Source: Gammaproteobacteria bacterium
GTDB lineage: Bacteria; Pseudomonadota; Gammaproteobacteria; UBA4575
Direction of reading: 5' to 3'
NCBI GenBank assembly: GCA_965221955.1
Contig: CBDCTA010000022.1
Coordinates: 1 to 64,000, forward strand
Length of the DNA stretch: 64,000 bases
Below the pieces are notes generated by a model. That model worked only from the letters and a program-made list of their open reading frames with translations. It was not told where the DNA came from and did no database searches. Within the stretch, counting starts at the first letter, position 1. Each line of letters opens with the position of its first letter. Made by a program: the position numbers and the translations under genes. Shown here piece after piece: positions 52,473 to 62,522 of this stretch.

Positions 52473-54221
52473 ATGGCACACGTAGCACTCGCTGACAAAG
52501 GCCAAGATCTTGCACATCCTAAAACCTGGATAGGCGCTTATGTCTGGAGCCAGGACCATAAAGTAATTGGTATTCAATACATCATCGTTGCAACCTTAGT
52601 TGGGCTAGTGGCCCTAGCATTATCTGCGATGATGCGTTTGCAACTGGGCTTCCCCGGTGTATTTGATTTTATTCAACCGAATGAATACTACGCTGCTGTC
52701 ACCATGCACGGCATGATCATGGTGGTATTCATGCTCACCGCTTTTTTCCTAGGCGGATTTGGAAACTTATTAATTCCACTGATGTGTGGCGCTAGAGACA
52801 TGGCATTTCCATATATGAACATGCTCAGTTTCTGGGTATATCTCGCATCAGTTCTTGTACTTTGTGCGAGTTTCTTTGTACCTGGGGGAGCCACTGGAGC
52901 AGGCTGGACGCTTTACCCACCTCAAGCCATAACTGAAGGTTCTGCCGGATACGGCATGGGCATTAATTTGATGCTCATTGCATTAGCCCTATTTATTGTG
53001 GCCTTCACCATGGGTGGTTTAAATTATATTACCACTGCTTTCCAAGCACGCACACGTGGTATGACGTTAATGCGCATGCCGTTATCGGTTTGGGGAATCA
53101 TCATGGCAACTATTTTAGGTTTGCTTGCCTTCCCTGCACTCTTAGTTGCAGCGATCATGATGCTCATCGACGCCAACTTAGGCACAAGCTTTTTCATGCC
53201 TGCAATTTCATCGTTGGGGGAAACCAGTAGTACAACTGGTGGCACACCTATTTTATTCCAACATCTGTTTTGGTTTTTTGGTCATCCTGAGGTGTATATC
53301 GTTGCATTACCCATGTTTGGAATCGCTTCGGATTTAATTAGTACTCATGCACGTAAAAATATTTTTGGTTATCGAATGATGGTTTGGGCCTTAATTGCAA
53401 TTGGTGGTTTAAGCTTTATTGTTTGGGCACACCATATGTATGTAAGTGGTATGAATCCTTACTTTGGATTTTTCTTTGCCACAACTACATTAATCATTGC
53501 AGTGCCTACCGCCATCAAAGTCTACAACTGGGTACTGACTCTATGGCAAGGAAACATTCACTTAAATGTTCCCATGCTATTTGCAATTGGATTTATTTTT
53601 ACCTTTATACATGGTGGCATTACAGGATTATTTTTAGGTAATGTTGCGGTAGACGTGCCTCTTTCTGATACATACTTTGTAATCGGGCACTTTCACATGG
53701 TCATGGGTGTTTCACCCTTCTTAATTGTTTTCGGTGGTATCTATCACTGGTACCCAAAATTCACTGGTCGCATGCTGAATGACACCATGGGTAAAATTCA
53801 TTTTTGGGTCACCTTCCTAGGTACTTATGCAATTTATTTACCTATGCACTATATCGGCATTCTTGGCGTGCCAAGACGTTACTTTGCGTATGGCACAACA
53901 GAGACCTTCCCTGATTCTGTCCAAGTTATCAATGCCAGTATCACGATTGCAGCCCTTACGGTAGGTGTTGTGCAGCTATTATTTATCGTTAATCTGATTT
54001 GGAGCTTATTCTACGGCAAGAAAGCCAGTAGCAATCCATGGCGAGCCACTACATTAGAATGGCAAACACCTGACACACCTCCCAAACATGGTAACTGGGG
54101 CCCCGAGCTGCCTGTGGTGTACCGTTGGGCTTATTCTTATAGTGTTCCTGGCGCAAGAGAAGACTTCATTCCACAGACTGAAGAGCCAGGTGAAAACTCT
54201 AAACACGAAGCGGAAACTTAA
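52473..54221 (+). CDS. Cytochrome c oxidase subunit I (A-type, CoxN-like)
   Basis: TMHG, WFFGHPEVY, WAHHM, GHFHMV, PRRY. Confidence 0.96.
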   Translation: MAHVALADKGQDLAHPKTWIGAYVWSQDHKVIGIQYIIVATLVGLVALALSAMMRLQLGFPGVFDFIQPNEYYAAVTMHGMIMVVFMLTAFFLGGFGNLLIPLMCGARDMAFPYMNMLSFWVYLASVLVLCASFFVPGGATGAGWTLYPPQAITEGSAGYGMGINLMLIALALFIVAFTMGGLNYITTAFQARTRGMTLMRMPLSVWGIIMATILGLLAFPALLVAAIMMLIDANLGTSFFMPAISSLGETSSTTGGTPILFQHLFWFFGHPEVYIVALPMFGIASDLISTHARKNIFGYRMMVWALIAIGGLSFIVWAHHMYVSGMNPYFGFFFATTTLIIAVPTAIKVYNWVLTLWQGNIHLNVPMLFAIGFIFTFIHGGITGLFLGNVAVDVPLSDTYFVIGHFHMVMGVSPFLIVFGGIYHWYPKFTGRMLNDTMGKIHFWVTFLGTYAIYLPMHYIGILGVPRRYFAYGTTETFPDSVQVINASITIAALTVGVVQLLFIVNLIWSLFYGKKASSNPWRATTLEWQTPDTPPKHGNWGPELPVVYRWAYSYSVPGAREDFIPQTEEPGENSKHEAET

Positions 54222-54223
54222 AC

Positions 54224-54889
54224 ATGGCAACCACCCTTATCGTTTTAGCCATCATCATGGGTGCGGTGGTATTTTGGTTACTAAAACAAACCTTTAATGT
54301 TCAACCCTGGGCAGAAGAAGGTCTAATCGGTCAAGATCATGCAGGTGGACCATTATCGAGCACGCCTGCAAAAATTGGTTTAATTACCTTTCTTGCAGTT
54401 GCGAGTTCCTTATTTTCACTCTTTGTTAGTGCCTATTTCCAACGCATGGACTTTGGAGACTGGAAAGTTGCACCTGAACCTATGGTGTTATGGCTAAGTA
54501 CTGGTTTATTAATTTTTGCGAGTATTTTTTACCAACGCGCTAGAAATGCTGTCATTAGAGATCAATCAAGCATTGTTAAATCTAATTTATTGATTGCTGG
54601 AGTGTTTACCTTTGCATTTATTGCAGGACAATTATGGGCATGGCAAGTCTTCCACAGTGATGGGTATGTACTTTCAGGCAATCCCGCAAATTCTTTTTTC
54701 TACGTGCTCACTGCTGCACATGCGCTACACATTCTTGGGGGGCTATGGGTATGGAGCAAAACCTTATTCAAATTACAAAACAATATTGAAGTTCGTAAAG
54801 TTCGTGTAGCGGTAGAACTATGTGCAATTTATTGGCACTTTTTATTATTAGTATGGCTAGCGCTATTTGCACTATTGCTATCAACTTAA
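54224..54889 (+). CDS. Cytochrome c oxidase subunit III-like (CoxO-like)
   Basis: NSFFYVLTAAHALH, YWHFLLLVW. Confidence 0.88.
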   Translation: MATTLIVLAIIMGAVVFWLLKQTFNVQPWAEEGLIGQDHAGGPLSSTPAKIGLITFLAVASSLFSLFVSAYFQRMDFGDWKVAPEPMVLWLSTGLLIFASIFYQRARNAVIRDQSSIVKSNLLIAGVFTFAFIAGQLWAWQVFHSDGYVLSGNPANSFFYVLTAAHALHILGGLWVWSKTLFKLQNNIEVRKVRVAVELCAIYWHFLLLVWLALFALLLST

Positions 54890-54914
54890 GCTAATCAAAA
54901 CAGGAATTAACCTC

Positions 54915-55590
54915 ATGTCACAAAGCACAGGGCAAATTACTAAAGACGCAGTCAAAGATCTGGTAACAGATTGGCAAGAAGATAAAGAAGTATTCAAAGT
55001 CCACTGGGGTAAAGCCATGATGTGGATTTTCCTACTAAGTGATACCTTTATTTTCACTTCCTTCTTAACGGGTTACATGAAAGTACGCGCAAGTGCGACA
55101 TTGCCATGGCCAAATTCCTCTGAAATTTTTGCCTTAAGTTTTGGTGGCGAACCAATTCCACTCATTTTAATCGCGATTATGACGTTCGTCTTAATTACCA
55201 GCAGTGGCACTATGGCCTTAGCAGTAAATTATGGTTATCGACGCGATCGATCGAAAACAGCACTATTACTATTTATCACTGCAGGGTTTGGATTACTTTT
55301 CGTTGGCATGCAAGCTTTTGAATGGACCAAGCTAATTGTTGATGAAGGAATTCGACCTTGGGGTAATCCATTTGGTGCACCACAGTTTGGAGCATGTTTC
55401 TTCATGATTACGGGTTTTCATGGAGCCCATGTTTCGGGAGGTGTTATCTACTTAACTTACGTCGCAATTGGAGTGCTCAATGGCCGCTATGAGAAGAAAG
55501 GGCTATGACATTGTCGAAATATGTGGCCTGTATTGGCACTTCGTGGATTTAGTTTGGGTATTTATTTTTGCATTCTTTTATCTTTGGTGA
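54915..55590 (+). pseudogene. Subunit III-like (CoxP-like) with a 1-nt frameshift near 55500
   Basis: ORF stops at 55508 (KKGL*), but the +1 frame continues GYDIVEICGLYWHFVDLVWVFIFAFFYLW* to 55590. Confidence 0.8.
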
Positions 55591-55599
55591 GGTATAACC

Positions 55600-55965
55600 A
55601 TGTCAGCTTCAGAATCAGGACATCAAGAGCATCCACTTAGTATTTATCTTTGGATTTGGATATTGTTGTTTGTTCTCAGCACATTCTCCTATATGGTCGA
55701 TTATTTTCAATTTCAAGGCGCCTTGCGTTGGAACCTCATCATCATCTTTATGATGTTAAAGGCAGGCTTCATAGTAGCCATCTTCATGCATATGACTTGG
55801 GAACGACTCGCATTAATTTCTGCCATCTTAGTTCCGCCACTCTGTTTACTGGTGCTCATCATATTGATGTCAATTGAAGGACAGTATACCTATTCACAAA
55901 GAGCAACATTTTTTGGGATTGAGGAAGCACCTGTTGTTGAACACCATGGTAGTAAAAAGCATTAA
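55600..55965 (+). CDS. Cytochrome c oxidase subunit IV family
   Basis: HPLSIYLWIW, KAGFIVAIFMHM.WER. Confidence 0.88.
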   Translation: MSASESGHQEHPLSIYLWIWILLFVLSTFSYMVDYFQFQGALRWNLIIIFMMLKAGFIVAIFMHMTWERLALISAILVPPLCLLVLIILMSIEGQYTYSQRATFFGIEEAPVVEHHGSKKH

Positions 55966-56040
55966 ATATATAATTTCTTCTACAACCCCATATATTTACC
56001 GTGTATCCTATTAAGATTAAAATATCTTGATTAATACACC

Positions 56041-56649
56041 ATAATTCGCTTTCTTTATAAACTTCTCTTTTGCTGCACGCTTTACTTGTTTCTATGTGCA
56101 GAATCATTTTCACACGGTGGTGTATTCATCGAAGAAGATGTGTGCGTGATACAAATCGACTTTTTTCAAGCTCACTTTACTATTTACCAACCGCAAATCA
56201 GCCAACACGAAGAACTATGTGAAGACATTCCAACAATTGGCGAAACTATTTTTGTCATGGAGTATCTACATGATGGTTTGCGTCAAATGCCTGTAGATTT
56301 TCGAATCATCAAAGATACTCAAAAACTTGGACGCTTCGCAAAATTGGAAGATATAAAAAAAATAAAGGATATCCATTCACAAACAGTGTATTACCAAGCA
56401 CCTCAGGAAGGTCCGGATGGCATATATATGGCTAGATACGAATTTGATGAGGAGGGATACTACATTGGTATTGTCTCAGCCCTACAACCAGAAGATGGTA
56501 TGACTTATACAGCGGTATTTCCCTTTAAAGTTGGGGGTAGTGCTTGGGGTTATATACCCGTAATAATCGCTTTAGCCATCTTTTTACAACTTAATTATTG
56601 GCTGATGAATGGAGGCTTTGCACGCTTACGCAAAATGTTTAGGTCATGA
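56041..56649 (+). CDS. PmoD/AmoD-like putative copper-binding membrane-anchored protein (start uncertain)
   Basis: HGG...C-x7-Q-x-HF..YQP...ELCEDIP..G.T...LRQMPVDFRII and a C-terminal TM helix. Frame open from 56035; track start is TTG 56086. Confidence 0.6.
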   Translation: MIRFLYKLLFCCTLYLFLCAESFSHGGVFIEEDVCVIQIDFFQAHFTIYQPQISQHEELCEDIPTIGETIFVMEYLHDGLRQMPVDFRIIKDTQKLGRFAKLEDIKKIKDIHSQTVYYQAPQEGPDGIYMARYEFDEEGYYIGIVSALQPEDGMTYTAVFPFKVGGSAWGYIPVIIALAIFLQLNYWLMNGGFARLRKMFRS

Positions 56650-57056
56650 AATTTTTATACAGCATCATTTTTTTAGTTATATATTTTATAGGCTCAATAG
56701 CTATAGGCTCAGCAGGAACCAACATCGGAGCAATAAAAAAGTCTGACAATCAGCATTTTACAGTAAGCTATCTAAGTAAAGCTGCACCTATCAAAATTAA
56801 TAAAATACATGCATGGATCATTTGTATTAAAGATAAAAATGGTAACAGTATTGATAATGCTAAGATTACAGTAGATGGAGGCATGCCTGAACATAATCAT
56901 GGTCTTCCCACACAACCTCAAATCACAAAAAATCTAGGTGACGGAAGTTATCTACTCGAAGGTATGAAATTCCATATGTTGGGATATTGGACGATAACTT
57001 TATCTATTTCCTACGGCGATGTAAGTGATGAAGTAACTTTCGAATTAAATTTTTAA
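56646..57056 (+). CDS. YtkA/FixH-like secreted protein
   Basis: GGMPEHNHGLPT, GMKFHMLGYW. Confidence 0.75.
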   Translation: MKFLYSIIFLVIYFIGSIAIGSAGTNIGAIKKSDNQHFTVSYLSKAAPIKINKIHAWIICIKDKNGNSIDNAKITVDGGMPEHNHGLPTQPQITKNLGDGSYLLEGMKFHMLGYWTITLSISYGDVSDEVTFELNF

Positions 57057-57065
57057 ACTCTATTC

Positions 57066-58379
57066 ATGAGTTTTTTAAATCCACGCAATTTTCAATACAT
57101 CATTATTGCTTTAAGCATTATATTCGCTGGATACTGGTTGTTATCGAATCAATCTACAAAGCTCGATTGGTCTCCTGAAGAGATCAAAATTTTAACTTCT
57201 TTATCGCTTGATCATCTAGAAACATTACCTAAAAGCCAAAGTAATGCAGTAGCTGATAATCCAGACGCTGCAAAATTTGGTTGGCAATTATTCTTTGATG
57301 AACGTCTCAGTCATAACGGAAAAATTTCCTGCACTACTTGTCATATACCTGAGCTGTATTTTACAGATGGTTTAAAAACTGCTGCAGGTGCGCAATCAGG
57401 ATTACGTAACACGAACACAGTGGTAGGTGTAGCTTACAGTCCTTGGCAATTTTGGGATGGTCGTAAAGACAGTGTTTGGTCACAAGCATTAGCACCGCTG
57501 GAAAATAAGTTAGAACATGCAGGCACTCGTACACAGTTTGCTCATATCATTTCCAAAGATGAAAATTATAAAAAGCAATATGAAAACATATTTGGTCCTA
57601 TACCGGATTTTACAGATACCGATCGTTTCCCAAACGCAGCAGGACCAGTAGAAGACAACCAAGCATATAATCAAGCTTGGAAAGCTATGACAGATGCAGA
57701 TAGAGATTTAGTTACTCAACTTTTTGTCAATCTAGCAAAAGCGCTTGAAGCCTACCAACGATTGCTCATACCTAGTCCTAGTAGGTTTGATGAATATGTA
57801 CAAGGTGTTATCGAAAATGACGCTGAAAAACTGAATGCTTTAAACAAAGATGAAGCACTGGGCCTTAAATTATTTATTGGAAAAGCACAATGCATTAATT
57901 GTCACAATGGGCCACTTTTTACAAATAACGAATTTCATAATACTGGCATACTCTCACCTATACGGCAGCTTCCAAGTATAGGAAGAGCAGAAGGCGTACG
58001 TAAATCTTTACAGGATCCGTTTAATTGTTTAGGTGAATACAGTGATGCAGAGAAAGAACAATGTAGTGATTTACGTTTTGCCAAATTAGGGGATGAACTC
58101 ATTGGCGCGCATAAAGTACCTACACTCAGAAATACCGTTGAAACCGCACCTTATATGCATGCAGGTCAACACGATACACTTGAACAAGTAATTGAACATT
58201 ATAATAGTGCGCCATTGGCCATGATTGGACACAATGAAATCAAACCTCTTGAATTAAGTAATAGAGAAAAAAAGCAACTCAAGTCATTTTTATTTAGCCT
58301 CTCTAGTCCACTTGCCACGGACCCTAAATGGCTAAAAAACCCACATAAAAATGAGCAAGCCCAGGCAAGCTATTTCTAA
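57066..58379 (+). CDS. Di-heme cytochrome c peroxidase / MauG family protein
   Basis: LFFDERLS, CTTCH, QFWDGR, CINCH, KVPTLRN, APYMH. Confidence 0.9.
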   Translation: MSFLNPRNFQYIIIALSIIFAGYWLLSNQSTKLDWSPEEIKILTSLSLDHLETLPKSQSNAVADNPDAAKFGWQLFFDERLSHNGKISCTTCHIPELYFTDGLKTAAGAQSGLRNTNTVVGVAYSPWQFWDGRKDSVWSQALAPLENKLEHAGTRTQFAHIISKDENYKKQYENIFGPIPDFTDTDRFPNAAGPVEDNQAYNQAWKAMTDADRDLVTQLFVNLAKALEAYQRLLIPSPSRFDEYVQGVIENDAEKLNALNKDEALGLKLFIGKAQCINCHNGPLFTNNEFHNTGILSPIRQLPSIGRAEGVRKSLQDPFNCLGEYSDAEKEQCSDLRFAKLGDELIGAHKVPTLRNTVETAPYMHAGQHDTLEQVIEHYNSAPLAMIGHNEIKPLELSNREKKQLKSFLFSLSSPLATDPKWLKNPHKNEQAQASYF

Positions 58380-58506
58380 AGCAATAGTGATGCACGCAAA
58401 GCAATCTATCCTGTTAAGGATATAACTAATTCACCAGATTAATTAATATTAAACCCGCTATAATTGCCTCTATAACAACAGCATCTCTTCTTTTGGAGCT
58501 CTTACA

Positions 58507-59403
58507 TTGAACGCCACCATTACTGCAGTTCGTACTCAAGCAAGTGATTTATTTGAACTGTGTAAACCACGAATTGCTTTATTAGTCTTGCTTACTACCT
58601 TTACAGGTATGTGGTTAGCCGCGGGTGGTTATGTGTCAATTGATTTAGTCATTTATACATTGATCGGCACTGGCCTTGCTTCAGCCGCAAGTGGTGCACT
58701 GAATAACTATGTAGACCGTGAAGTGGACAAGCTCATGGCCCGCACGCGAACACGTGCCTTACCTTCATCAAGACTCTACCCACAGCAAGCATTATGGCTA
58801 GGCGGTTTGTTAAGCATCTTATCTTTTGCAATTTTATTTTATTTAGTCAATCCGTTAACAGCTTACTTAGCACTTGGTACTACTTTTTTCTATGTCGTAA
58901 TTTACACCATCTGGCTGAAGCGTAGCTCACCACTGTGCACAGAAATTGGTGGCGTAGCAGGTGCACTACCCCCAGTAATTGGCTGGGCAGCAGTCACTAA
59001 TGAAATTAGTTGGCAAGCTCTTGTGATGTTTTTAATCATGTTTATATGGCAGCCACCGCATTTTTGGGCTTTAGCATTATTACGTGCAGACGAATACCGT
59101 CGTGCTAACTTGCCGATGTTACCTGTTGTAAGCGGAATGGAAGTAACTAAGTTTAGAATGTTGCTGTATACCATTGCACTCATTCCAATAAGCACAACCA
59201 TGTATTGGTTTAACTTAGCTGGTCCAGTTTATTTAGTTGCCGCATTAGTGCTCGGTGTGATTTATTTAGTCATCACGATTGATTTTGCACGCAAACCCAT
59301 TACTCATCAAAGCACTAAACGCTTATTTGGTTACTCAATCATTTATTTATGCGGCCTGTTTGTATTTATATTTGCTGATTGTCAATGTGGCTCAACTCTG
59401 TGA
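58507..59403 (+). CDS. cyoE: Protoheme IX farnesyltransferase, copy 2
   Basis: Same motifs as copy 1, with long identical peptide stretches. Confidence 0.93.
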   Translation: MNATITAVRTQASDLFELCKPRIALLVLLTTFTGMWLAAGGYVSIDLVIYTLIGTGLASAASGALNNYVDREVDKLMARTRTRALPSSRLYPQQALWLGGLLSILSFAILFYLVNPLTAYLALGTTFFYVVIYTIWLKRSSPLCTEIGGVAGALPPVIGWAAVTNEISWQALVMFLIMFIWQPPHFWALALLRADEYRRANLPMLPVVSGMEVTKFRMLLYTIALIPISTTMYWFNLAGPVYLVAALVLGVIYLVITIDFARKPITHQSTKRLFGYSIIYLCGLFVFIFADCQCGSTL

Positions 59404-59553
59404 TCTATTAACTTACTCTCTCGAATAAGTGAGCCTGATTCTTAGGTTCACATACCGCACAAGCACTTAATCTAGGCGCCTTTTAAACAATTATAGTTTT
59501 TTTCTAAATGGCCGATATCCGTATTGGTATCTCTTGTTTAAGCCATCACTATT

Positions 59554-59928
59554 ATGAAAACATATATATGTTTAATCAGCTTAATTCTCCTAAGCACTCA
59601 AAATGCATATTCTGCAATAACCACGATTACTTGTAATTACGACATCTTCGCTTCGGTGCAAAAAGTTGATCGAACTACTGAGATTATGCAGTTAACTTTT
59701 ACCGTTAACATGGAAACCAGCGAAGCTCAAATTATTCGTAAAAAGGGGACAACAGCTGTAGACCTATACCCTACAGGTGGTGGCTTTACATTTATTGAAA
59801 TTAATGAGCGTGGCAACGTACTGACTACTACCGTAGATATCCATGGGAAATCTGCACACAGTCGAAATACGATATTAGATAGCGAGCTTGTCCCAAGTCA
59901 GTTCTATGGAACCTGTGACTACAACTAA
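59554..59928 (+). CDS. Hypothetical secreted protein
   Basis: Signal peptide; Cys near both ends; SAHSRN..SQFYGTC. Confidence 0.7.
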   Translation: MKTYICLISLILLSTQNAYSAITTITCNYDIFASVQKVDRTTEIMQLTFTVNMETSEAQIIRKKGTTAVDLYPTGGGFTFIEINERGNVLTTTVDIHGKSAHSRNTILDSELVPSQFYGTCDYN

Positions 59929-59947
59929 TACATTTAATTATTAATGA

Positions 59948-60700
59948 TCAGCCTTGATCATATAGTTCACAAGGGCTGCGCAATTCCTCCGGTACATCTG
60001 GCGGGCAAATACCGCAAGCTTCATTTCCTGGTACGGCAAAATCTATTTTTCTAGGATAAGGCAAATCAAGGTTATTCATAATTTTAACGAACTCATCTTT
60101 TGGCATTTCATTGCCTAACCTAGGATTACGGGCTTTTTCCTGTGCAATGCTACTCACATGACGACCTTCATAGTCATGCCCCGGATAGACTAATGTCTCA
60201 CCTGCCAAACTAAATAATTTTTTATGAATACTGTCGAATAGCATTCCAGCATCACCGGATTGAAAATCGGTTCTTCCACATGCATCAATCAACAACGCAT
60301 CACCCGTAAACACCATTTGCTGTACATCATTCGCAATTAAATATGCATAGTGATGATCAGTATGCCCGGGAGTAAATAAAGGATGAATTTCTATAGAACC
60401 CACACGAAATATTTTTCCTTCCTCAATATACATATCAGCACAGGGCAACTCTGCTTGTTTAGGATAAACAATTTTACTTTCAGCAAGTTTCTTAAGTTTA
60501 GTAGCACTAGTGAGATGATCTGCGTGAATATGCGTATCAATCGTATACGTGAGTTTTAATCCCAGCTCTTGAATAGCCTCAAGATCTCGGTCAACGGTTT
60601 CCAGTACTGGGTCAATTAATGCCACTTCACCTTGCTTAGGACATGCAATTAAATACGTAAAAGTAGATGAGCTCGGTTCAAAAAGCTGGCGAAAAATCAT
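59948..60700 (-). CDS. MBL-fold persulfide dioxygenase (ETHE1-like)
   Basis: MIFRQLF..SSTFTYLI, THIHADH, TPGHT, CGRTDFQ, YPGHDY. Confidence 0.85.
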   Translation of the reverse strand: MIFRQLFEPSSSTFTYLIACPKQGEVALIDPVLETVDRDLEAIQELGLKLTYTIDTHIHADHLTSATKLKKLAESKIVYPKQAELPCADMYIEEGKIFRVGSIEIHPLFTPGHTDHHYAYLIANDVQQMVFTGDALLIDACGRTDFQSGDAGMLFDSIHKKLFSLAGETLVYPGHDYEGRHVSSIAQEKARNPRLGNEMPKDEFVKIMNNLDLPYPRKIDFAVPGNEACGICPPDVPEELRSPCELYDQG

Positions 60701-60731
60701 TAGTTCTATTTTTACCTTTTCTTATACAACA

Positions 60732-61019
60732 CTAATTATGTGCAATGGGTTTTTCCGTAAATAAGTAGTCTTTTAATTCTTTATCTAAACTAGGATCTTT
60801 TCGACGAATCCATTCTAATACCATAGCAGCATGTTCTTTTTCTTCATCTCGGTTATGCGCAAGAATGGCTTTTAATTCTGAATCTTTGCAAGCATCTACA
60901 CGCTGATTATACCAATCTACTGCTTCTAACTCCTCCATAAGAGAAGTAATGGCGCGGTGCATATCACGCGTTTCATCTGTTAATTCATCAATTGGTTCAT
61001 GATAACCTTCATTTGCCAT
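60732..61019 (-). CDS. Encapsulin-associated ferritin-like protein (EncFtn/Flp family)
   Basis: HRAITSLMEELEAVDWYNQR..HNRDEEKEHAAM.LEWIRR. Confidence 0.88.
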   Translation of the reverse strand: MANEGYHEPIDELTDETRDMHRAITSLMEELEAVDWYNQRVDACKDSELKAILAHNRDEEKEHAAMVLEWIRRKDPSLDKELKDYLFTEKPIAHN

Positions 61020-61096
61020 GCTTAACTCCTTATTATCTAATTACTATAGATATAGTTTACTAAACTGAATAATATTTTCTTGATAATAAGCCCTCC

Positions 61097-62473
61097 ATGC
61101 AGTACGAAGTTATAGATGCCCACGTATACCCTGATGGCCAACTAGATGTTCTATCTAGAATTGAAGTCAGCAGACTACTAGATACCAGTCAGGGAGGGTT
61201 ATTTACCCTGTTTCGAAATTCCTCATTGGCCGTGCTTAATTGTGGCAACCCACTCGATGATGGACGAGAACTTTTACAACGCTATGAATCTTTTGATATT
61301 TCACTCATTCAAGAAGAAAAAGGCATCAGTCTAAAATTAAAAAATGCGCCAGCTAGCGCCTTTGTAGATGGCTCTATTATTAAAGGAATAGGTGAACATT
61401 TATTCGCTGTTTTACGCGATGTGATTTATGCCAATGACGAAATCAATGCAAATCCAAAACTGGATTTAAACACCTCAGAAGGCATCACGGATGCAGTGTT
61501 TCATATCCTGCGCAATGCCGATGTACTACAACCCAATACTGAACCTAGAATGGTAGTTTGCTGGGGCGGGCACTCCATAGGTAGAAAAGAATACGACTAT
61601 TCTAAAGAAGTTGGCTACCAACTAGGTTTGCGTGGACTTAACATTTGTACCGGTTGCGGACCTGGTGCCATGAAAGGCCCCATGAAAGGCGCAACCATTG
61701 GGCATGCCAAACAACGTATCAAAGCTTCTCAGTATCTTGGATTGACTGAACCTGGAATTATTGCAGCGGAACCACCAAATCCTATTGTGAATGATTTAGT
61801 TATCATGCCAGATATTGAAAAGCGTCTTGAAGCTTTTATACGGCTTGGTCATGCAATGATTGTTTTTCCTGGTGGAGTTGGTACCGCTGAAGAAATTTTT
61901 TATACCTTGGGAGTATTATTACACCACAGCAATGAAAAGCTTCCTTTCCCACTGATATTTACGGGACCTGAAAGTTCAAAAGATTACTTTACTGAAATCG
62001 ATAACTTTATTTGCAATGCTCTAGGCCCTGCTGCACAAAATTTTTACAAAATTATCATTAATGATCCAAATGCAGTTGCAGTTGAAATACAAAACGGTAT
62101 TCGCTCAGTAAGTAAATACCGTGAAGATAAAAATGATGCCTATTACTTCAATTGGACATTAAATGTCGATCCAATATTTCAAACGCCTTTCAAACCTACA
62201 CACGAAAATATGTTGGGATTAAACTTTCATCCAGATCAAGAAAAGTATCAACTTGCGAGTAATATCCGTAGTGCATTATCAGGTATTGTTGCAGGTAATG
62301 TTAAAGAAGAAGGCATTAAGGAAGTTGAAAAGCAAGGGCCTCTAAAAATTCGAGGTCAACGCGATATCATGCAACCTCTCTCTCACTTACTACAGTCATT
62401 TGAAAAAATGCATCGCATGAAAATTTCTAGCAGTGATTATCTACCCTGCTATGAAATTGAATATTCAGATTAA
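61097..62473 (+). CDS. ppnN: Nucleotide 5'-monophosphate nucleosidase
   Basis: VCWGGHSI, CTGCGPGAMKGPMKGA, PGGVGTAEE, GIVAGNVK. Confidence 0.93.
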   Translation: MQYEVIDAHVYPDGQLDVLSRIEVSRLLDTSQGGLFTLFRNSSLAVLNCGNPLDDGRELLQRYESFDISLIQEEKGISLKLKNAPASAFVDGSIIKGIGEHLFAVLRDVIYANDEINANPKLDLNTSEGITDAVFHILRNADVLQPNTEPRMVVCWGGHSIGRKEYDYSKEVGYQLGLRGLNICTGCGPGAMKGPMKGATIGHAKQRIKASQYLGLTEPGIIAAEPPNPIVNDLVIMPDIEKRLEAFIRLGHAMIVFPGGVGTAEEIFYTLGVLLHHSNEKLPFPLIFTGPESSKDYFTEIDNFICNALGPAAQNFYKIIINDPNAVAVEIQNGIRSVSKYREDKNDAYYFNWTLNVDPIFQTPFKPTHENMLGLNFHPDQEKYQLASNIRSALSGIVAGNVKEEGIKEVEKQGPLKIRGQRDIMQPLSHLLQSFEKMHRMKISSSDYLPCYEIEYSD

Positions 62474-62522
62474 TTAATAGTCGAGTAATTGAGATCTTAA
62501 ATCATTCACACAAGCTTCATCA

